Part shown: positions 1 through 8,058 of the stretch, piece after piece | How the letters are laid out: every line of letters starts with the position of its first letter | Position numbering within the stretch: the stretch's first letter is position 1 | Assembly: GCA_004431415.1 (NCBI GenBank) | Contig: QPMI01000546.1 | Span: 1 to 64,000 of the forward strand | Reading direction: 5' to 3' | DNA: 64,000 nucleotides | DNA from: Cyanophora paradoxa CCMP329 | Taxonomy: Eukaryota > Plantae > Glaucophyta | Notes under the pieces: model-generated | The model's database searches: none | Seen by the model: only the letters and a program-made list of their open reading frames with translations | Told to the model about the DNA's origin: nothing | Translations under genes and position numbers: made by a program

Positions 1-372
1 CGACTGTGCGTACGTGGTGGGGGGCACTTTGCCGTCCGAGCCTGTGCTGCTGCTGCCCTGCTCGCGAACCGCAGCCACCCGGTAGAGTCGGAGCTCGCCG
101 AAATTAAAGGGCGAGTTCGTGTATGTGAGCGTGGGTGCGTTCACCGTGGCCACCAGCGTCCAGGTGCCGTTGAGGCTCGGTGCCCTATACACATTGTACT
201 TGACGGCGTCGGTGACGGCGACCCAATTCATTTGAAATCCAAAGGTACCGCCCCCATTGTTGAGCACTGAGCCCGATCGGATCTGGGGCCTGCCCACCGT
301 GAGCGAGATCGGCTCCACGCCATACTGCGGCGCCTGCACCACCTGCTTCTTCACGAATACGAAGCGGGGCAT
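1..372 (-). CDS. Fibronectin type III-like domain protein (runs off window start; absent from ORF track)
   Basis: Hand translation from ATG 372: MPRFVFVKKQVVQAPQYGVEPISL...FQMNWVAVTDAVKYNVYRAPSLNGTWTLVATVNAPTLTYTNSPFNFGELRLYRVAAVREQG. The W, YxVYR, TYT and YRVxAV pattern is typical of FN3. Confidence 0.7.
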   Translation of the reverse strand, partial: MPRFVFVKKQVVQAPQYGVEPISLTVGRPQIRSGSVLNNGGGTFGFQMNWVAVTDAVKYNVYRAPSLNGTWTLVATVNAPTLTYTNSPFNFGELRLYRVAAVREQGSSSTGSDGKVPPTTYAQS

Positions 373-411
373 GTTCCTCTACGATCCGAAAAAATATCTG
401 CGCCGGGGTAA

Positions 412-1088
412 ATGACTTCCAACTGGTACCAGACCCTCAGCGGCTCACTTGACGTTGGCAACAACACCAAGGATTTCGCGCGCATCCCCTCCGGCAGTTA
501 CGTCGACGTCTTTCTGCAAAATCCCGTCGTGATTCAGGTCGTTCAGAACGCCTACGCCACGCCCAAGATTTACTCCTATCAGCTCTTCTTCGACCCTTGA
601 GCCTCAGCGCAGAGGTCATCGAGCTGCTGCACGAATCCGGCCTCGTGAAAAAGGTGGCGCCGGCGACAGCCACGGCCAACGTCCTGCGCTGTTTGGAAGT
701 TAAGTTCAGGGAGACGGGGTACGGCCCCACCGTGAACCAGTACACCAGTACCGACCTGCCGGGGACGGGTGCGTATACGGCGCGGGGTACGCTCAAGGGC
801 GACGTGCTCTTCACAAAATTCAATCCGAGTCCCGCCACCCTGGGGCCCTCTACACGGGCGGCAACCCGCGCGCTTCCGGGCTACCCCGCTTTCCCTTCAC
901 CTTCTTCAAGTTCCAGGTCTTCCCCTCACGTACGCCGCAGACCAGCCCCATTTCAGCACGGGCGCCAGCCTCTGCGCGGAGCTGCGCGAGTGCTCGATTT
1001 CCTACAGGCACACCACCGGCTCGACGCCGTGCAGCCCGCGGCCCGCATCTCGGGCATCGGCAACGACATCGCCCTCTTCTACGGATAA
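412..1088 (+). CDS. Beta-rich hypothetical protein A (226 aa after repairing four -1 frameshifts); paralogue of 1112-1892
   Basis: Collinear similarity to the neighbouring gene across frames: QNPVVIQV/QNPVMLRI, LHESGLVKKVAP/LWLSGLLKKIEP, LRCLEVKF/IRVLELKF, NPRASGLPRFPFTFFKF/NPRTQVWPRLLFTKFTF, GASLCAELRECSISY/GSTLMAELIEAEADY. Confidence 0.65.
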
Positions 1089-1111
1089 TCTTTCTCATTC
1101 GAGATCGCAAA

Positions 1112-1892
1112 ATGCCGACCACCTCGGCCACCATCGTGAAGACCGTGCTGCCTACCCCGATTTCTACGGCGACACCGTAGCGGCCAACGCTGGGACGGAT
1201 TCCGTGGTCTGGGACGGCAACTACGCCTCCATGCTGACCGTGAAAATCCAGAATCCAGTCATGCTGCGCATCACCTCCAACGACTTCGAGAATCCCGCCT
1301 CCTGCTCCGTGTACGTGTACTTTGACATCGACTCGGGCGTGAGCGCGGACGAGGCCGAGGCCCTCTGGCTTTCCGGCCTCCTTAAAAAGATAGAGCCCTC
1401 CGTACCCGATCGGCCCGCGATTCGCGTGCTCGAGCTCAAGTTCACTGCGAACACCGCCCTCACCCGCACATTTAATGGCGGCTCCAAGACTCACATCGAC
1501 GGTGCTGCCATCGATAGCACGCGCAAAACTACACAGGCCGTCCCTTTGAGATGTACAACCTCTGGAAGATGACCGCAAAGGAGATGATGACGAATGCCAC
1601 CACGGGCGGAGTCTCGGGTACCTCGTTTTCCTACGATTCCTCGAATCCCCGTACCCAGGTCTGGCCCCGGCTTCTCTTCACGAAATTCACTTTCAAATTG
1701 TACAACAACATTGCGGGTATGCCTACCTCTGGAATGGTCGTGGGCTCTACCCTCATGGCCGAGCTGATAGAAGCGGAGGCCGACTACACCACCGCCACCA
1801 CCAACCCTGCAAACGGCACGGCTACAAACTACGTAGCCTGGAGCACGATCGACCGTGAGTACGACACTAAGATTCACACCACTAGCATCTAG
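1112..1892 (+). CDS. Beta-rich hypothetical protein B (260 aa after repairing two -1 frameshifts)
   Basis: ATG at 1112 in an AAAATG context. Joins the 769-1572 and 1551-1892 ORF frames. Paralogous to 412-1088. Confidence 0.65.
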
Positions 1893-2102
1893 ACTGGCTA
1901 AGCTGCATTAGCGCCTGTGCCGCCTCCATCATCTCCGCAATTTCCTCGCTCTTCTCCTGTAAATTGGCGTACCCCCTCCTCTTCTTGCGAATCTCCGACA
2001 TCGATGCCCAGCGCAGGTTCTCCCTCCTGTAGTCCAGCGGGTTGCCGTTGATGTGTTCCACGTAACGACGTCTTGCGAGTCGGTGCACCGGAGCAGGGCC
2101 AT
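1882..2102 (-). CDS. Small HNH (HNH_3-like) protein, one -1 frameshift near the start
   Basis: VHRLARRRYVEHINGNPLDYRRENLRWA matches the HRL...VDHINGNxLDNRxENLRW signature. The ATG at 2102 (AAAATG) comes into frame if one C is added. Confidence 0.7.
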
Positions 2103-2123
2103 TTTGCCCTAGGTTCGGAAAAA

Positions 2124-2225
2124 CCTGGGACTTGGGACTTGGGACTTGGGACTTGGGACTTGGGACTTGGGACTTGGGAAGAGTTGAAACCCAGGTCCCG
2201 GCCCAGACTTTCTCCAGGATCAGAA
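2124..2225 (+). repeat. Heptamer cassette 1: CCTGGGA(CTTGGGA)7 followed by AGAGTT and a ~40-bp semi-conserved tail
   Basis: Read directly; array spans 2124-2179. Confidence 0.95.
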
Positions 2226-2559
2226 ATTTGTCAGACAAGTCAGGTGAGTTTTTCTACCGACTTTTTTACTCCTACCACCCCTCATACTCTTTTTTACTCG
2301 TAGTCTTTTTTACTCGTATCCCATCTCGTACCCTCCTTCTCTCGACATCTCGCACGAAAACTCCTACCCCTCTTCACATCCTTTTTCGGTTGCATACTCT
2401 CGTGAGCTTTCATGTCCAGTATCATGCTACAAGTCGTACACCAGTTCAGACTCTACCTCGCTTGAAATCTCACCTGGAATGTCACCAGAAACGTCGTATC
2501 CAGAATTCCGTACCCCTTTCTAAGTCTGCCCGGTGGTTAGGGACTTGGTGCAGCAAACT

Positions 2560-2646
2560 CTCGGATCCAGTGAAACTCTGGGCCCAGACCCTGAGTCTAA
2601 CTCTTCCCAAGTCCCAAGTCCCAAGTCCCAAGTCCCAAGTCCCAGG
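2560..2646 (-). repeat. Heptamer cassette 2 (inverted relative to cassette 1): CCTGGGA(CTTGGGA)5 AGAGTT plus tail
   Basis: (TCCCAAG)5 TCCCAGG at 2605-2646. The flank GGCCCAGA...TTTC...GGATC is shared with cassette 1. Confidence 0.95.
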
Positions 2647-2717
2647 ATCGCGCCAAGTCGTAACTGAATAGTCGGCCAATTTTTACAAGTATGTACAATG
2701 GAATGACGCAATACTAT

Positions 2718-3768
2718 TTACAGCATCTCAAAGTCAGAGTCATCATCGGAAACCAAGTCAATCGGGGCCTCGGGCGCCGACTTAAGGGGAATGCGGGGAA
2801 GGGCCTGCGCTGCCTGCACTAAGTCCTGCCGCTCCTGCTCGCGCTGCGCCGCCAAGGCCGCTGCCGCCTCTGCCTCGCGCCGCTGCTGAGCCTCGACGCG
2901 CGCCCTAAGTTCCGCTGCCTCCTTCTTCTTGCGCTCGGCAATCTTGGCCAGCGTCATCTCGCGACGAAGAAGGCGCTCGTGACGCAACTTGCGCCGGAGT
3001 TCGGCCATTTCGCGCTTGGCGATGATGCGCTTCTCAATGGTCTTGACGTGCTGAGTCAGGCGCTTGCTGAAGTGTGACGTGACGCGAGAACGGGCAATGC
3101 CAGCGCCGATCTTCAAGTCTTTTTCGTGTTCCTTGGCGGGATTCTTGACTCGCTCGGAGTTGTCGGTGAATGACGTGGTCTCCATGAACTTCTTCTTGAC
3201 GATTGACTTGGTCTTGATAATGCGGCGCTTGCGAGTCGGGTTTTCGTTGTCGCCTTCAGAGTCGGAAGAGGACTCAGAGTCGTATGGAATCGGCACGTCA
3301 AAGTCGATAAAGTCGTTGATGTCAGACTCGGCGTCAGAGGCCTCGGACTCGGCGTCATCGACTGGCTCGGGAGCGGGCTCGGCGACGGGCTGAGGGCAGA
3401 TGACGACGATGACGGAGGGGGGTAATTCGTGAAGACTTGAGGGGGATAGGCCCAGGCGAGCGTCTCGGCGGCAGACTCGGCGAAAAGCTTGGGGTCGCCC
3501 CAGCCAGTGGGAGTCTTGACCCAGCCGGGGACGGGGGCACGTCGACGGGCTCGGGCTTGGGCTCGGGCTTGGGTTGCTTGGACTTGGGCAGAAGGGAGGA
3601 TACAAAGTTGAGGTTGATGGTATGGAAGCCTTCTCCGCTGTGAGCTTGGTAGAGGTACCCCAGCTTGCGGGCACGCTTCTCCATTTCACGGGTAGGCCAA
3701 TCGCGGGACTTAGCCCACATCTCACGGGCCTTGGCAAGGTCCTCGACAAGCTCAGAGGGAATCGACAT
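2718..3768 (-). CDS. Putative nuclear protein (350 aa after two -1 repairs): acidic tract, NLS, coiled coil, C-terminal SUMO-interacting motif
   Basis: ATG at 3768 (MSIPSELVEDL). A middle frame reads GWVKTPTGWGDPKLFAESAAETLAWAY. Then RKRRIIKTK, an E/R/K/A-rich helix, and a C-terminus ending PIDLVSDDDSDFEML. Confidence 0.65.
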
Positions 3769-3827
3769 CTGCGCAAAGGGAAGAGAGATTAGCAAAGGCA
3801 AAACGTGAGGTGACTGAGAGAGCGGAC
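3769..3827 (-). other. Probable 59-nt spliceosomal intron in the 5' UTR, ending immediately before the ATG
   Basis: GTCCGC donor, CTAAT branch point, pyrimidine tract, then GCGCAG|ATG. Confidence 0.5.
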
Positions 3828-4107
3828 TTGTGAAAATTCGGAGAGGCGGGGTTTCCTTGGGCTGAGAGAAGGCGGCGAACCCGTTTCAAGAGTGAGCCAA
3901 AATGGCGGCGGACCGCGGTTTTGTGGGCGATTTTTTTCGCGGTCTAGTTCGCAACGGAAAACGTTGCCAACTGGCCTGAAAAAAGCCAAATTTAGCGTTG
4001 GACCGAAGGCAGAAAAAGGGAGCCGGCCTGACGGAAATCGCCCGAGTGCGTCCGCCGAAGGTCGAGTCTCGGATGGGGGGTACACCCTCAGGGGCCCCCC
4101 TGGCCCC

Positions 4108-4578
4108 TCACCCTGGTAGTGCCCTCTCAAAGGGATTTTCGAAGCCGTACAATTCTTGGTAAGTCTCGTAATCCGGGCTGTACCCCCTCACAATCTGCGG
4201 GAGCCCCATTGAAAGCCTCCGTCTATCCTCTCTCAATTCCCTGCGGAAAAGTCTACGGTCTTCTCGAGCTTCGCGTGTCACGCCAGCTGGGCGTGGTCTA
4301 TGATTGTTAGGGTTGTCGTAGCCTGGTCCCACCAGCCTCACGAAATTTTCGCGTATGGCCTCGGGGAGGCTCTGGAAACGGCTCGTCGCGTGGAACTCAA
4401 TCCATTCATTGAATCGACGCGGATATTGACGGATGACTTCAAGCACGCCCTGTGTGTTGGGCTCTGGTGTTACGTCGGGGATGTCATGTCCCGTGAGGTG
4501 CCAACGCCAGAACTCGCGCAACCTCTCGAATGCCATATTCAACTCAAAGGGAAAATCGTAATAGAGATTGCCTGACAT
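4108..4578 (-). CDS. Hypothetical protein (156 aa, intact, intronless)
   Basis: AAAAATG start reading MSGNLYYDFPFEL. The longer ORF-track version merely reads through the repeat array. Confidence 0.55.
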   Translation of the reverse strand: MSGNLYYDFPFELNMAFERLREFWRWHLTGHDIPDVTPEPNTQGVLEVIRQYPRRFNEWIEFHATSRFQSLPEAIRENFVRLVGPGYDNPNNHRPRPAGVTREAREDRRLFRRELREDRRRLSMGLPQIVRGYSPDYETYQELYGFENPFERALPG

Positions 4579-4589
4579 TTTTCTCCCCG

Positions 4590-4691
4590 TCCGAAAATTT
4601 CCCCGCTTTTGGGTCCAGACTCTGATTCCAACTCTTCCCAAGTCCCAAGTCCCAAGTCCCAAGTCCCAAGTCCCAAGTCCCAAGTCCCAGG
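4590..4691 (-). repeat. Heptamer cassette 3: CCTGGGA(CTTGGGA)7 AGAGTT plus tail, ~57 bp upstream of ATG 4578
   Basis: Array at 4636-4691. Confidence 0.95.
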
Positions 4692-5081
4692 TCACATTTT
4701 TCTCCCATTTTGACTCGAGATTCTGACCAAGTCCAAATCCGGGCCCGGGATTCGAACCCTCGTTTTCGATCGATTTCACGCGTGAAAACGGCACTTTTCG
4801 GCCTTTTCCGATTTTTCCTTTCTCGCGATCGCATTAATGTCCCCGATCTCGAAATCGCGATCGAAAAGGGTCGCGATCGGGAGAAAATCGCGATCGCCAG
4901 GGTCGTGATCGCCGCGATCGCCAGCCTCGGAGGGGGTACCCCCACAGCTGTTGCGGCGGTTATAAGAACCTCCGCAATCCAAGCGTCACTTCCGAGTCTC
5001 GAGCTCTCGGAGTTGACTTTTCGCGTTTGGCCCATTGATGGCCCTCTTATATACAGTATTATAGACTACTACTAGGCTAGT

Positions 5082-5253
5082 GCGCCGCGGCCGCCGCGGC
5101 GGCGCCGCGGCGCCGGCGCCGCGGCCGCGGCCCGCGCGGCGCGCGCGGCCCGGGCGGCCGGGCCCGGCGGCGGGCCGGCCCGGGCGCCGGCGGGCCCGCG
5201 CGCGGCGGCGGGGCGGCGGCGCGCCGGCGGCGCCCGCCGCGGGCCGCGGCGCC
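5082..5253. repeat. 172-bp tract composed only of G and C
   Basis: No A or T between 5082 and 5253. Confidence 0.9.
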
Positions 5254-5488
5254 ACAGACTCAGTGACTGCCACTGTCTGCCAGTCACTGCCGACTCACTG
5301 GGCAGTGGGCCCTGATCGATCACGACTCACGAGTGAGCTCGAGATTCACGACGAATCGTCGACGATGATCAATGACTCAGTTAGTGCCTGGCCGCCGGGC
5401 CCCGGCCCCCGGGCCCAGAGGCACTGCGGCAGACTCAGCCTCACTCAGGCACTGCGGCAGTCTGGCAGTGCCTGGCAGTGGCTGGCAC

Positions 5489-5956
5489 TAGTGCTGGGTT
5501 CAGTCAGGCTCCACCCCTGACCCAGTCGCTCAGCCCCCCTGACTGTGACTGAATCAGTCAACCCGAGGTTCAGTCAGGCTACCGTGCAAAAACTGAGGAA
5601 AATGACTCGGAAATGACCCAGATGCGATCCATCTAAGTTGCCAAGCACAGTGCGCGGGCAGTAAGGACTCTACTAAGGAGTGATTAGGCGAGCAAAGCAT
5701 AAGAACACTGGCCCCCGTTAGCCTCGTTAGCGCGGGCGGTTTCGTTCAGATTTTGTTGTTTTTCTGGAGGTAAGACGACAGAAGATCCTTTTTAGATCGA
5801 TCCACGTCGAGCTTCAGATGGAAAAAGCCCACAGGGGGGCACGCTCCCAGCAGGGTTTTGTATGGGACTGAGAGATCCTCAGTCGGCCAATTTGGTGACT
5901 CAGTCGGGTCAGTCAGACCCTCTGACTTTGACTGACAGTGACTGAACCCAGCCCTA
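5489..5956. mobile_element. hAT-type MITE (468 bp), family 1
   Basis: 18-bp TIRs TAGTGCTGGGTTCAGTCA / TGACTGAACCCAGCCCTA (1 mismatch). Exact 8-bp TSD GCTGGCAC at 5481-5488 and 5957-5964. Subterminal TCAGTCA/TGACTG motifs. Confidence 0.9.
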
Positions 5957-6054
5957 GCTGGCACTGCCTGGCAGCAGCCTGGCTGCCCCGGCACTGCCGT
6001 GAGGCCCGGGGGCCGGGACTCTCGAGTCTCTGGCCCGGGAGTCCGAGGACTCCC

Positions 6055-6110
6055 CGGGAGTCGGGAGTCGGGAGTCGGGAGTCGGGAGTCGGGACTCGGG
6101 AGTCGGGACT
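6055..6110 (+). repeat. (CGGGAGT/CGGGACT)8 heptamer array
   Basis: Read directly. Confidence 0.9.
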
Positions 6111-6397
6111 CTGTTAGCGTCAACTTAGCGAGCGCACTGCGGCAGTCTGCAGCTGTCTGCTGCGCAGAGCGCTCAGGCGGCTCGAGCGCTCCCCGGCTGC
6201 GACTACAGCTAGACTGCGAGCACTGCGGCAGCTACAACGAGCCCAGTAAGCTGCGCGCCGCGGCGCTTAGCACTGCGCTAGCACGCGCGTACCGCGATTG
6301 TTGCCACACGGCCGCCGGCGCCCCAGCCCCGGCCCGCTTTCAGCCGCGGCGCGGCGCTGACGAGCTCGAGATACATGTACATGTGTATATATACACC

Positions 6398-6621
6398 GAT
6401 ATCGCGATCGCATCGCATCCGCTGGTGTGCATTACATGCAAGCGTGCACATACGTATAAGTATTCTATTAGGCTATGCATACCGGTATGATGTGTCTGCG
6501 TGCACTGCGCGACCGATATCGCGATCGCATCGCATCCGCTGGTGTGCATTACATGCAAGCGTGCACATACGTATAAGTATTCTATTAGGCTATGCATACC
6601 GGTATGATGTGTCTGCGTGCA
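6398..6621. repeat. Perfect tandem duplication of 107 bp (period 117)
   Basis: 6398-6504 is identical to 6515-6621. Confidence 0.9.
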
Positions 6622-8058
6622 TATGCATATAACGCTCTCATGCATATATGTGTATGTGTGACCGTCGGACTGCGATACAGCATTAGTACTGACCCGATAG
6701 TCTGCATTTGCGTGCGCAGTTCGAATCATCATTATGACCAACTTGACAAGTGTGGAAAGGCCGATACCTGATCATGATCTGTATGGAATGCAATGTGTAC
6801 CGATACTCCATGGCCAGCACCCGCATGTGCGCAGCTTCCAAAGTTCAAGTTTATGCACGCATAAACGCGCATATCCGCCCCATCAATTGCTTCGATGGTC
6901 TAGATCTGTGGAGCGCAGAGCCGGCGCCGATTGTAAGCGCGGGACAAGGAGAGCGCTACCGCGAGCTCGCTGATTTCACGAGGAACGCGCGTAGAACGCG
7001 TGTGCGCCTTCAGCGCGCCCACACCGGTGCCAGCGCCCATACCAGAGCCGTCGAGCAGCATGCGCAGCACGACACGCTTGAGCTCTGGTCCTGATTGCAA
7101 TCGGCGGTCCGCAGTTGCAGGCTCACCGCGGCACGAGAGATTGGCGAATCGCGGAGTCTGAAGTGTCCATTGCGAAGCCTTCATCTTGAGCCTCGAGCTC
7201 CTTCTACATATATATCCCAGCCTTGAAGATCGGCTATAGTACCTGTGCGCCATATTTCTGACGCGATCTATGACGCGTGATGTTAATGTTCATCCAGTAT
7301 CCTGCGAGTGCAGGCTTGAGCTTGGCCCTCGCGGCCTCAACGCCAGCGAACAGTACGTCAGCGCCAACGAACAGTGGCCTAGGCCCCGGATCCCCGGAGT
7401 CACTCCTCCATTGCTTGCAGGCCGTGCCTTTAAGGGCGAGCCTTGCGATCGATACCGGACGGGCGGGCGGCCGTCCGCGGCCAGCTGCAGCTGCAGGCCC
7501 AGGCCCAGCAGCTCCGGGAATCCGGATCCAGAGCGTTGCCTGCAGCGCTAGCCGCGCGCTGCAGCATTGAGGGAAGGGAGTTCGCGTCGCCGTGCACGTG
7601 CACGCTCGCATCTGGCTTCGATCAGGTAAGAAAAGGACATAGGCGAAACGCAATCGAAGCACAACATGTACATCATGATCAGCCGCTGCTGATCGTTATT
7701 CCGCAGTTTTTTTCCCCTTCAGATCGATCGCCATTCATGAGCTGACAAATGCATGCGAGCAAGTTTCAGATCACGAATTCGAATCTCTGAAAGATCCAAA
7801 ATCCTGAGGTGATCATGACATCAATTCTTTTCAACACTTTTTACGCAACCTTCCGCTGACTGGAAAAAGTCTGTACCGGGATTCTCGGGGCCGATATAAC
7901 AGCCGTTCATTTATCAAATAGCGAATGGAATCCGGAGGTTTCCTTGAGCTTGGCGATCTCCTGAAGCTAGCGCTTGGCCCCCCTTCGAATTCGGGAATGA
8001 CGCAAACAGGCACGCGCAAGCTTTAAAAAGCGTATTTCGGCTCGCGAGTGAATATTAA

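Larger units (their letters stand above)
1..5073. mobile_element. Right end of a putative integrated Polinton/Maverick-like DNA virus (continues beyond window start)
   Basis: Lower GC and near-intronless, tightly packed genes (39-bp divergent gap at 373-411, overlapping convergent stops at 1882-1892), unlike the intron-dense host genes. Contains an HNH-like gene. Ends in ACTACTACT (5065-5073), i.e. 5'-AGTAGTAGTCTATAATAC on the minus strand, then switches abruptly to pure G/C. No pPolB, integrase, ATPase or major capsid gene is visible in the window. Confidence 0.55.

Noticed and set aside
2073-2711. ORFs containing LGLGTWD / PKSQVPS repeats (also the N-terminal part of 4108-4794 and 4544-5035)
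   Set aside because: They are translations of the stop-free heptamer arrays, not plausible proteins.
2124-4691. Heptamer cassettes as a CRISPR array
   Set aside because: Contiguous 7-mers with no spacers, no cas genes, and a eukaryotic context.
4745-4760. GGGTTCGAATCCC B-box/T-loop on the minus strand
   Set aside because: No A-box or cloverleaf, and a TTTT run lies just upstream; not a tRNA.
6398-6621. 117-bp period equal to the 39-aa repeat length of the giant protein
   Set aside because: No sequence similarity; coincidence.
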